This document shows, in pieces, positions 29,341 through 38,788 of a DNA stretch of 64,000 bases (within the stretch, counting starts at the first letter, position 1; every line of letters begins with the position of its first letter). The stretch is from the IMG/VR virus record IMGVR_UViG_3300027704_000008, positions 74,623 to 138,622 of that record. One strand, given 5' to 3'. The position numbers and the translations under genes are program-made. The stretch comes from a virus. Below the pieces are notes generated by a model. The model worked only from the letters and a program-made list of their open reading frames with translations. It ran no database searches and had not been told where the DNA came from.

Positions 29341-30321
29341 ATGGCCTGGCTGTTAATACCAAACAACCGCGGTTGGCAGTATGATAATGCTCCTGCTGAT
29401 CCTGGTGCAAACAGTCCATACCGACCACTGTGGGAAAAACAAACTGCGGGAGTGCGAACTAACAGTGACGGAACTCAAGTTTACACTAAAGTCCGCAAGT
29501 ACGGAAGCACCGTCGATACTGCAGGCGAGATAGCTAGGACATTCTGGAATGTTAAGGGAAACGACCAAAAGTTTCAGATGGAGGTGTTGATACCATCTGG
29601 CGGAGCAACCTTCACAATACCTTGTCAGGATGTCGGGGTATTTGATGCCACAATTGATTGGGGTGATGGCACAACAACAACCACTACTACCTATAACGGG
29701 GCTGGACTAGCTCATGCCTATGCTGCTGGCACTTATAAGATAATGATCAGTGGCATTTTCCCGAATATACATTTTAATAACGCTGGTGATAAACTCCGTG
29801 TAACAAAGGTGCTGAACTTAGGTCATGTTGGTTGGACAAGTTTTTTATCTGCCTTTTATGGATGCGTCAATTTAACTCAATTTTCAGCTGGTTCTTCAGA
29901 TACATCAAATGTTACAACATTCGCAGCTGCCTTAGCCGGGTGTACTGGATTTACCACAGGTCATGATGTGGGATTCGATACATCATCAGCACAAAGGTTT
30001 GATAATTTCTTTTTGTCAAGCACATTTACCGATCTCGATGGAATACAGAATTGGGACATTACTAGTCTAACTACGAGTCCAGCAAATAATCTGAAAGCAT
30101 TTATGACCAACGGTGCCAAACTGTCGACATCAACATACGATGAGCTGCTAGTCAATTGGGAAGGGCAAGACCCCACAAATACAAACAACATGGGTAATGT
30201 TAAGTTTGGTTTGAGTACGTTTACTTCAGGTAGCGCAGCAGAAACTGCTAAAGGTGTTCTTACCACCTCAGTCGCAGAGGGCGGATATGGTTGGGTTATC
30301 ACCGATGGGGGTGCAGTATGA
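29341..30321 (+). CDS. PKD-like + BspA/DUF285 repeat protein, copy 1
   Basis: IDWGDG, H.Y..GTY, F.GC.NL, DTSNVT, NWD; shares N-terminal domain with 30636. Confidence 0.7.
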   Translation: MAWLLIPNNRGWQYDNAPADPGANSPYRPLWEKQTAGVRTNSDGTQVYTKVRKYGSTVDTAGEIARTFWNVKGNDQKFQMEVLIPSGGATFTIPCQDVGVFDATIDWGDGTTTTTTTYNGAGLAHAYAAGTYKIMISGIFPNIHFNNAGDKLRVTKVLNLGHVGWTSFLSAFYGCVNLTQFSAGSSDTSNVTTFAAALAGCTGFTTGHDVGFDTSSAQRFDNFFLSSTFTDLDGIQNWDITSLTTSPANNLKAFMTNGAKLSTSTYDELLVNWEGQDPTNTNNMGNVKFGLSTFTSGSAAETAKGVLTTSVAEGGYGWVITDGGAV

Positions 30322-30512
30322 TAACAAGAACTTCAGGATTTGGAATTATAGGAAAATGGGCATATTTTGCAGATAGTGATACTCCTGCGGGTATGTGCGT
30401 TTCCTATGCTGACGATACATATGTCCAAGAGTTTGCTAGTAAAGAACTTTTGATGGATGCTCACAAAGAGCAGTTTCCAGACGAACACAGAGAACAGTTT
30501 CCAGAAGAGTAG
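30318..30512 (+). CDS. small partner protein, copy 1
   Basis: paralog of 31679 (VQEFAS.EL...AHKEQFPDEHR). Confidence 0.65.
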   Translation: MITRTSGFGIIGKWAYFADSDTPAGMCVSYADDTYVQEFASKELLMDAHKEQFPDEHREQFPEE

Positions 30513-30635
30513 ACTGATTAAAGGAATATATAATTTTTAAAATAGCTACAGCAGAACTTATAGGAAAGCATCTATCTCAGGTTGAATCTTGGTTAGATAG
30601 TATTTCCCCCGAAGATTACACAGGATATAAATCAA

Positions 30636-31682
30636 ATGGCATGGAAAGGTATTCCTAACAATCCCCATTGGCAGTACGATGATGCTCCAGCAGACCCTGG
30701 AGCAAACAGTCCATATAGACCTCTGTGGTTAAAACAAACTGAGGGAATTCGAACGAACAGTGGCGGAAACGAAGTTTACACGAAAGTTCGCAAGGTTGGA
30801 ATCACCGTCGATACTATGGGTGAGCTGAGTAAAACATTCTGGGACGCTCAAGGTGATGAGGTGTTAGGCACAGACGCATTTGAACTGCTAATAGAAACCA
30901 ATGCTGGTAACAAGTCCATGGTGCTGGGCGGCCGCAGTGGATACACTTACAACGCAGTAGTTGATTGGGGCGATGGTACCAGTACAACATCTGTAACTCA
31001 CCATGCTGATGCCGTTCACACTTATGTTACCGCAGGTGAGTATACTATTTCTGTCACAGGTACTTTCCCTGCTATTAAAATGTACAATGAACCATCAGCA
31101 GCATACATCAGGAAAGTATCGAATCTTGGAAAGGTTGGATGGAAAAGTTTTAGGAACGGTTTCTATGCGTGTACTGGTATGACCGAATTTACCATGGGAA
31201 ATACTGATACATCTGGTGTTACAGAAACACAAAATATGTTTCGTGGGTGCTCGGGACTCGTAGGCACCCTCGACCTGACCAGTATGATAGGTTCGAATTG
31301 TGTCAACACTACCGCTATGATTAGAGAGTGTTCTTCTGTAACGTCCGTGGTTTTTACTGGATGGGACACATCTTCACTTCCGAGATTTAAAGATATGATG
31401 CACAACTGTACTGCGCTAGTGAACGTAACAGGAATAGAAGATTGGAATATTACGGGGGTGAACGTGGCAGATGCCTTTAGTCAGATACTCACAAACGGTA
31501 GAATGACAACAGCACAGTACGATGCCCTGTTGGTTAATTGGGATGCCCAGAGTCCCCTTCCGCAAACCGGAGGGACATCGCGATTCGGAAACTCAACATA
31601 TACATCCGGTAGTGCAGCAGAGACTTCTAGGACCAATCTAATAAATGAGGGTTGGACAATCTCGGATGGGGGTAGTGTATGA
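30636..31682 (+). CDS. PKD-like + BspA/DUF285 repeat protein, copy 2
   Basis: VDWGDG, MF.GC, WDTS, DW; paralog of 29341. Confidence 0.7.
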   Translation: MAWKGIPNNPHWQYDDAPADPGANSPYRPLWLKQTEGIRTNSGGNEVYTKVRKVGITVDTMGELSKTFWDAQGDEVLGTDAFELLIETNAGNKSMVLGGRSGYTYNAVVDWGDGTSTTSVTHHADAVHTYVTAGEYTISVTGTFPAIKMYNEPSAAYIRKVSNLGKVGWKSFRNGFYACTGMTEFTMGNTDTSGVTETQNMFRGCSGLVGTLDLTSMIGSNCVNTTAMIRECSSVTSVVFTGWDTSSLPRFKDMMHNCTALVNVTGIEDWNITGVNVADAFSQILTNGRMTTAQYDALLVNWDAQSPLPQTGGTSRFGNSTYTSGSAAETSRTNLINEGWTISDGGSV

Positions 31683-31873
31683 TAATCACACAGGAGAACG
31701 GGTACTGGATTATAAACAGCGGAACAATTGCGTTAGACGAAAATATAGTTGTTTCCTACCGTGACGATGCTATTGTGCAAGAGTTTGCCAGTGAGGAACT
31801 TATGCTGGCTGCTCACAAAGAGCAGTTTCCAGACGAACACAGAAAACAGTTTCCCGAAGAGTACACCGATTAA
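31679..31873 (+). CDS. small partner protein, copy 2
   Basis: paralog of 30318. Confidence 0.65.
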   Translation: MIITQENGYWIINSGTIALDENIVVSYRDDAIVQEFASEELMLAAHKEQFPDEHRKQFPEEYTD

Positions 31874-31885
31874 AAGGAAGATAGG

Positions 31886-32278
31886 ATTTTTATAATACCT
31901 ACAGCAGAACTCATAGGAAGGCATCTCTCTCAGGTTGAATCTTGGTTGGATAGTATTTCCCCAGAATATTATACAGGATTAGAAATAGCATTACATCTGA
32001 AATCTAAAAAAGTTGAAATGTATTTTGTATATTCAGACTCAGACAATAGTCTGATGGGAATAGTAATAGTCTCCAATGAATATGATAATACTCTAGTCGT
32101 CGTAGGTGCTGCCGGAAATGTTGATAATGAATGGGAAATGTTAGATAAAGACTACACACAACTAGCGAAGTCGAAAGGATGTACATCTTACGAGTTTCGA
32201 GCACGTAGAGGATTTTTGCGAACATTTAAAAAATATGGAATAGTTGAGAAGTACACGGTCATGCGTAAAACATTTTGA
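31886..32278 (+). CDS. hypothetical GNAT-like protein; start uncertain (ATT/ATA near 31886 or TTG 31946)
   Basis: A...GC......R.GF C-terminal pattern; frame open from 31874. Confidence 0.5.
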   Translation: MFIIPTAELIGRHLSQVESWLDSISPEYYTGLEIALHLKSKKVEMYFVYSDSDNSLMGIVIVSNEYDNTLVVVGAAGNVDNEWEMLDKDYTQLAKSKGCTSYEFRARRGFLRTFKKYGIVEKYTVMRKTF

Positions 32279-32364
32279 CGCGCAACCAACATCTCACCAA
32301 ATTGGTGCGAGCACGTATACAAACAGTAATAACGGCGGTATCACATATGGAGGCACCGCATAAA

Positions 32365-32628
32365 GAATTCGTTGACGTAACATTGAGGCTAGGCAAACAC
32401 TGGGGTTCGAAACCCCACGCTTCCACCTATAATCATTCCTAGAGTGTTTATAGGGGGAGCGATTTGGATTCGACTTGCTAGTAATAGGTGTTGCTAGAAT
32501 AGGTGATGTAAGCTACCTTAAACGCGAACAAACAATATAAATGCAAATGATGCGTTTTATGGTGAGCAAGCTATAGCAGCTTAACCCACCTGAGGTTGTG
32601 GCCCTTCCTTATAATCCAATAGGGCTCC
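32365..32628 (+). ncRNA. ssrA: circularly permuted (two-piece) tmRNA gene
   Basis: T-arm TGGGG-TTCGAAA-CCCCA + CGCTTCC-A-CC (32401-32427) precedes GGGAGCG..GGATTCGAC (32455-32474); G3:U70; tag ORF ANDAFYGEQAIAA* at 32543-32584; outer ends approximate. Confidence 0.9.
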
Positions 32629-32651
32629 TGTCAAATTAAACCCAGGAGCAT

Positions 32652-33104
32652 ATGATGAAAGTTAAAATAGGCAACTATCCTAAGCATAGATTTTACCACA
32701 ATTGGTTATATGCACTTGGCTGGACTAATGATGCTAAGGTCAGTGTCCGTATTGACCCTTGGGATACATGGTCAATGGACTCCACCCTGGCGTACATCGT
32801 TGTGCCTATGCTACAACAACTTCGAGATACTACGCACGGAGCGCCTGTAGTATCTGACGATGACCGCCCCGAACATTTGATTGGTACTGTAGTGGATGCC
32901 AGCAAGGGAGATATTGATGAGTTTCACTTTGAAGCGTGGGACTGGGTACTAACCGAAATGTTGTTTGCTTTTGAGAGTAAGCACAGTGGTTGGGAAGGCG
33001 AGGACTGGGAAAGCGATGATTGGAGAAGAAGTGAAGCGTGGCAGCCGCGTATCACCAATGGCTTTCGTTTGTTTGGAAAGTATTACGAGAATTTATGGGA
33101 TTAA
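32652..33104 (+). CDS. conserved phage hypothetical protein
   Basis: WDTWSMD.TLA, WDWVL.EM, LFGKYY..LWD; GGAG RBS. Confidence 0.7.
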   Translation: MMKVKIGNYPKHRFYHNWLYALGWTNDAKVSVRIDPWDTWSMDSTLAYIVVPMLQQLRDTTHGAPVVSDDDRPEHLIGTVVDASKGDIDEFHFEAWDWVLTEMLFAFESKHSGWEGEDWESDDWRRSEAWQPRITNGFRLFGKYYENLWD

Positions 33105-33109
33105 ATATT

Positions 33110-34324
33110 ATGAATATCAGCAATGCAATGCTGGTTAGTATTATAGTTTTGTTAGGACTGTTAACAGGTTGCGGCGGTGGAGGAGGTGGTTCTGAGTCAC
33201 CTCCATTAGAGGTAATACAACCTCCATTGGAGGTAATACAACCTCCTGTAGTTGTAGAACCTCCAGTGATCGTAGAGCCTCCAGTAGTTGTAGAACCTCC
33301 TGTAGTTGTAGAGCCTCCAGTGATAGAGATATCGCAGATGAGCAAACCTGAAGATTGTTTGACTGAAGCAACTGACACAGGCAATGACATTTACGAGTAC
33401 ATGACGTGTGATGGCATCCTTGTGCGATCAGACATCGACTTTCCGTATGATCAATTCAATACCGAAATAGCTTTGATTGATATACTCGCAGTGGTAGACA
33501 CTAAACTAGATGAAGAGCTCGATGGTGGAACTTACGAACAGTTCGCCCAGAGAGAAGTAGACCTTGCCAATAAGCTATTTGAGGACTCGCAAGTATACAT
33601 AATGCTTCGCTTGGTACACGTGCAGCTTGTCGAGGTCGCCGAGGGAGACCTGTATAAACAGATAAACAATTTTACTCAAAGCAAACGTGAATTCTCCGAC
33701 CTAGATCAATGGCAGAAAGACGCAGGCGCAGATATAGCATTCTTGTTCAAGAAGATAGAACAAGAACCAATTGCATGTGGTGTAGCAATATACAACGATC
33801 TCACTCAACAATATAGGTATCGTAGAGGAGTGTCACAGTGTCACATCAACACAGTCTTTCAGCAAACTACGGTCACTCGATATTACGAACGTGCCCATGA
33901 AACATTTACTCACGAAATCGGTCACATCCTTGGCATGGACCACAACATCGAAGCAGCGGGTGCACCAAGCACATTATTTCCGTTCTCATATGGATACCTG
34001 ATTCCTGGGTATGACCGAGACCTGAGCGATGAGTATAACGGATATGGTACAGTTATGAGTTATTCTGATTTAGCGACAGGACGATTCTCTGACCGCTCTG
34101 AACGATTTATCATACCAGAGACGGGAACATCTCAACGATTAGGAACAGATCGACAAAACTCTAACTATGTTGGGGGTGATGCGATTCCAGCAACAGATGC
34201 AGTTGATCATCTCAATCGTGTGCGATACTACATGAGTCAACTACATGAGAACTTCAATGAACAGCAAGACGCCGCGGTTATGTTCAATGGCCTCCCACAT
34301 ACCTCCGCGCGCTGCTACTTCTAG
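33110..34324 (+). CDS. lipoprotein metzincin (reprolysin-like) metallopeptidase
   Basis: lipobox LLTGC, Pro/Val linker, HEIGHILGMDH zinc motif, TVMSY Met-turn. Confidence 0.85.
   Translation: MNISNAMLVSIIVLLGLLTGCGGGGGGSESPPLEVIQPPLEVIQPPVVVEPPVIVEPPVVVEPPVVVEPPVIEISQMSKPEDCLTEATDTGNDIYEYMTCDGILVRSDIDFPYDQFNTEIALIDILAVVDTKLDEELDGGTYEQFAQREVDLANKLFEDSQVYIMLRLVHVQLVEVAEGDLYKQINNFTQSKREFSDLDQWQKDAGADIAFLFKKIEQEPIACGVAIYNDLTQQYRYRRGVSQCHINTVFQQTTVTRYYERAHETFTHEIGHILGMDHNIEAAGAPSTLFPFSYGYLIPGYDRDLSDEYNGYGTVMSYSDLATGRFSDRSERFIIPETGTSQRLGTDRQNSNYVGGDAIPATDAVDHLNRVRYYMSQLHENFNEQQDAAVMFNGLPHTSARCYF
33200..33325 (+). repeat. coding tandem repeats (PPLEVIQ)x2 and (EPPVVV)-like x4
   Basis: 21-nt and 18-nt near-identical units. 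Confidence 0.85.
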
Positions 34325-34387
34325 CCGCACGACGTCTATAAACACAGATAGTACAATCCCTCATAAAAAAGTAATTCCGGCTCTCCA

Positions 34388-35164
34388 TTGGTTGAACCGC
34401 AATATTGCATATATAATGGTATACTTTATCGGAATCACATTAGTATGCAACCCAAACTATGTCTATCAGCAACAGAACCATTGCGCGCCGTTAAAGATGT
34501 CGCAAACCTGGCAACCAGAGCAAACCATCTATTAAATCAGCCAAACGGAAAAGGTGGAGTAATGGTGCTACCAGGTTTCTGTGGTGACGATCATTATAAT
34601 ATTCTATTCAGAGAGTATCTAATACATCTCGGGTATGATGTTATAGGATGGGGACAAGGACGTAACAGAGGCCACACACATCTTAATCGCGAAGCACTAT
34701 ACGAACGAGTCACCGACCACTGCCACAAGACGGGATCCAGTATTACGTTAGTGGGACATTCCCTGGGAGGAATCTTTGCCAGGCACATCGCTCACATAAT
34801 GCCAGACACTGTTAACCAGGTTATCACATTGGGATCTCCTTTTATGGTTCCAGTACATGATGATGGATTCAGTCCAGCTTCTCCAGTACGTGATGTATAC
34901 CTCAAGCTCAATCCTGTAGCCGATGACGAAGAGATGTTATCCCTGGTTAGAGTACCACCACCTTGTCCTACGACAGCCATCTATAGTAAGGGAGATGGAG
35001 TAGTGCGTTGGGACTTGACACTACAGCCAGGTGATGATCATAACGTACACAACATAGAGGTTGATGGAAGCCATATGGCGATGACACTCAATGCTGAGGT
35101 ATGGCAACTGTGTGCGTCTAAGCTGCGTCAACATATGCCTCAGGCTTCCGTACAGGCGATCTAA
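34388..35164 (+). CDS. alpha/beta hydrolase (lipase/PGAP1-like); start may be 34445
   Basis: VLPGF, GHSLGG, TLGSP, DGVV, SH. Confidence 0.85.
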   Translation: MVEPQYCIYNGILYRNHISMQPKLCLSATEPLRAVKDVANLATRANHLLNQPNGKGGVMVLPGFCGDDHYNILFREYLIHLGYDVIGWGQGRNRGHTHLNREALYERVTDHCHKTGSSITLVGHSLGGIFARHIAHIMPDTVNQVITLGSPFMVPVHDDGFSPASPVRDVYLKLNPVADDEEMLSLVRVPPPCPTTAIYSKGDGVVRWDLTLQPGDDHNVHNIEVDGSHMAMTLNAEVWQLCASKLRQHMPQASVQAI

Positions 35165-35236
35165 CGCCGGTAACTGCACTACCCCTCATCCTTACCCCCC
35201 CAACCGTATTCCGCGTAGTAAATGCGCCGTATACGG

Positions 35237-35367
35237 TAACCCATTGATTTATAACGCAAACTGAGATAGTTACCGAACTATGCGGGCTCCGTATAATGAC
35301 CTGTTGTCTTCAGCCTGACAATCGTGGATAATGGCTACATTGAATGAAGAAATGGGGAAAGATTATG
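35237..35367 (+). promoter_or_regulatory. early promoter cassette copy 1
   Basis: TAACCCATTGATT; imperfect ATAGTTACCGAACTAT; ATGCGGG; TTGTCT-17-GATAAT; CATTGAAT. Confidence 0.85.
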
Positions 35368-35754
35368 AGTGATAACTGGTTAGTGAAGCAACAGCATGAG
35401 GATATCAAACTACTCACGGCTGAGAACAAGAGACTCGAAGCGAAAGTCAAACGGATGGAGAACTTCGTCAACGAGCTGATCGAGATGATTGGAAAGCAAT
35501 CGCAGAGATGAATTCAGATATCATTGACAATCTCCGTAAAGAAACCAAAGGAATATGATTATGACAAACGAACAGATAGTGATAGAGCTCAAAGCAGTAT
35601 GCGCCCTGATAACGCACGGTAAGGCAACCGGCCAGGATAAGGGCCGCTGGATGGAGAACCTTGTCAAAGAGCGACTCGCATTGCTTGATGCGTATAACCT
35701 CGAAGACACCGCTGCTGTTGATGCCTGGTGTGCAGAGCTGCTGAAGTAATAACG

Positions 35755-35850
35755 CAACTATGCGGGATCCGTATAATGACCTGTTGTCTTCAGCCTGACA
35801 ATCATGGATAATGGGTACATTGAATAGGGAAAGCGGGGAAGAAAGTTATG
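35755..35850 (+). promoter_or_regulatory. early promoter cassette copy 2 (lacks the IHF-like half)
   Basis: near-identical to 35276-35345 at a 480-nt offset. Confidence 0.85.
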
Positions 35851-36898
35851 AAATGGTTTGAATGTTCTGGCGAGAAGGTTGAGATGATTTACCAACCCAT
35901 TAAAGCAAAGAACGCTGAGTCTGCTGAGAAAAAGTTTCGCAAGATGTACTCCGGTGTTCTCAATGTAAGAGTCAAAGAATTCGACAAAAGTTAAAATAGA
36001 AACCACCGTGGATAGATGATTATGAATTTATTTGAATTGTATGCACTGATCAGAGAGTTTGCTTCTGACGATGAGAATCAGCGACCCGAGGACGATTCAG
36101 TTATCTGGGACTTTGTTGCCGCTGACGTCCATATGGATGAGAGGTTCAAGGCGTCACAGTTTAATGCGAAAGATGTTGACCTTGCTATGGATGACATATC
36201 TTCCAGATGGGGATACTAGTAACATGAATACAGAACAGTTATTAGACTTAGCATTAGACTTCGCCAAAGATCCAGTGAACATCGAGAATGGTCTCGTGAA
36301 CTGGGACTTCGTCGGTGCAGACATCTTCCTGTACACTCAAAGCAAAACAGACCCAGAGATGGTGGAGATAGCACTCGCTGCTGCTGCGTCACTCGTTGAA
36401 CCCACACGTGGAATGGTGCAAATATAATGTGGGTAACATTACCCTGTGGAGACATCCTCGAGATGGGCATCTCCAAAACACCTCCCCGTAGCAATCAGAT
36501 AGTCTATGTGACTGTTCGAAAGGGTGGACACATCCAGAAAATCAGCAACACTGCATGTGCTTCGAAGGTGCTTGCCCATGAGTTGCTGAACGATGTTGCT
36601 GAGGAACTTCGTGCTGGTCTCTGGGTCATCGGTACATCGAATGGACAACCTATCCTGGTGTCTAAGTGGGGAGAGATCATTGACAATGAAGACTAATCCC
36701 CAAGTGACTTCCGAAGAGAAATGGCAGGAACTCGATCTGTTGTGGTACAGGTATCGTGAAAGATTGGAGAAGAGACAGATGGAACTTATGGAGGCAACGA
36801 GGCAGTTTGATCGCGAGTTAGCACGAGGTGCGAAGATCGAAGAGGAGATGCGAGTACTGAACAACATCGATGTCTATGGGTCCATAGACCTGTCCTTG

Positions 36899-36958
36899 TA
36901 ACTTATTGATTTGTATAGAGTTTCAGGGGTTGTATTTGACCCAATTGTACGCTATAAT
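36899..36958 (+). promoter_or_regulatory. IHF-consensus site + sigma70 promoter (short variant)
   Basis: TAACTTATTGATT; TTGTAT-17-TATAAT. Confidence 0.7.
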
Positions 36959-36989
36959 AGTTGTAAGAATTAAGTAAAGGAAGAAAGTT

Positions 36990-37241
36990 ATGTCAAACGA
37001 AGAATTCGAAATTTTAGCAGCAAAAGCGGTCAAAGCAGACCAAGCAGCGATGGCAAAGATCGAAATGCACGAGTCTAATATCGACTCACTGTACAACAGT
37101 CTGGTTGCCAACCAAACAATTCAAGCAGTGAGCATCGACCTGAAAGCAGAGATGGCAAAGATCAAAATGCACGAGTCTAATATCGACTCACTGTACAACA
37201 GTCTGGTCGCAGAACTGTCACCACTAATCAAGGGAGAATGA
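36990..37241 (+). CDS. small protein with internal ~59-nt direct duplication
   Basis: MAKI.MHESNIDSLYNSLVA twice, 102-nt period (37050 and 37152). Confidence 0.75.
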   Translation: MSNEEFEILAAKAVKADQAAMAKIEMHESNIDSLYNSLVANQTIQAVSIDLKAEMAKIKMHESNIDSLYNSLVAELSPLIKGE

Positions 37242-37348
37242 CATGCCAATGAGAAACGAAGTAACCACATACGGTGGCAGCTATCAGATCCCGCAGGATC
37301 TGCGGATAGAGGCAGACTACTTAAACGTGGAGATAAAGATGCTATCTG

Positions 37349-37490
37349 TAACTGCTTGATTTACCTGGAGAACTCAGAAAGTTACGTAACTATGCGGGAT
37401 GGGGTTAAACTAGTTGTTGTCTTCACTCCGACAATCCTGGATAATGGCTACATTGAATAGGGAAACAGAGAAGGCGAGGAGAAGCATATG
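37349..37490 (+). promoter_or_regulatory. early promoter cassette copy 3
   Basis: TAACTGCTTGATT; AGTTACGTAACT 37380-37391; TTGTCT-17-GATAAT. Confidence 0.85.
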
Positions 37491-38653
37491 AAGAAGATTA
37501 AAGAACTGTGGTGGGACTTGAAATACCACGTGGTTATCGCTGTTGTGTTAGCACCAGTCCTTCTCCTCCTGTGGGCAGGGTATGTAAGTTAAGGGAGCGT
37601 AATGAAAGTATATATTGTACATGGTGTGTGGGACTACGACGGATCTGAGATCGTTGGAGCGTTTACCACTCGCGAGAAGGCAGACGCAGGTATCGCTGAT
37701 GACCAGTTGACTAGTGGACAGGAGATCCAAGGTGAGTGGTATCCTCGGTTCGATTCATATAGTGTTATAATGGAAGAGGTACAGTAAGATGCATCCTTTA
37801 AAGTATAAAGTTGTGTTCCAAGATTTTTGTAGCGTCCTCCATTTTGTAAACATTTCTGCTTGGGGACAAGAGGATGCAGAGAATAGTGTATACCGGAAGT
37901 TCGATGAGTGTGCTATTGTCCTGAGTGTTAGGAGTGTTGCATGACTTTTAAGGAAAGTGAAGTATTAAGAAAACGAGAGAAGCATGCCGGCGCTGACTCG
38001 TTGGAAGCAATGCGAATTGAAGCCATTGAACGTCTCGCGGCTGCCAACTTGGCAGAAGCAGACAGGCATGCCCGAGTGATTCATACCATTGTCCTTGTGT
38101 GCGTGCTGGTATTCATCGCAGCGGTTGTTTCGTAATGGCATCGCCACGCGTAGGACAAGAGAAGGCATCGTATCTGATGGACGAGGGTATAGTGTCGGCA
38201 GAGCAGATGGTGTCGATGGCTTTGAAATATATGAGCAACCAAGATATCCTGGATATGCTTGAACACAATGAGTTAGTTGATCTTGTATGGGTTAGTTGTG
38301 ATTGGGAGTATGTTGATCGATGTTGAAAGTTGAAGATGTAATGAAGTCGTACACCGGTGGGTTAGGATGTATGTGTGGATGTCAAGGATCGTATCGCGTT
38401 GCGGCAGATCATTTCCAGGCTGCATGCCGAGAGCGAGGATACGATTACGATCCGGAAGACGTTAGTGATCGATCAGTGAAGATGGCTGTCAACAAACTCA
38501 ATAAGATGATCGATTGGGATGATGCCGAGTGCGTTGAGAAGCATGTCCGTGATGACTACGCATACTATGAGACGGACACCCGCCAGACCGTGGTGTACTT
38601 CGTCAAGTCGCCCCAGATTGACTTGTTCAGCCACACGAATCGTGTGGATTCTG

Positions 38654-38788
38654 TAACCCCTTGATTTATAACGGGAAGTGAGAAAGTTACGTAACTATGC
38701 GGGAACCGTATAATGACCTGTTGTCTTTAGGACAACAAAGCCGTATAATATCTTCATTGAATCGAGAAACCAAAGAGAGAGTGATATG
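38654..38788 (+). promoter_or_regulatory. early promoter cassette copy 4
   Basis: TAACCCCTTGATT; AGTTACGTAACT 38685-38696; TTGTCT-17-TATAAT. Confidence 0.88.

Noticed and set aside
29341-31682. Diversity-generating retroelement template/variable repeat pair
   Set aside because: Differences are not adenine-specific, both copies are coding, and no reverse transcriptase is in the window
32401-32428. Stand-alone tRNA gene
   Set aside because: No upstream acceptor strand or anticodon arm; the pairing strand lies downstream, consistent with permuted tmRNA
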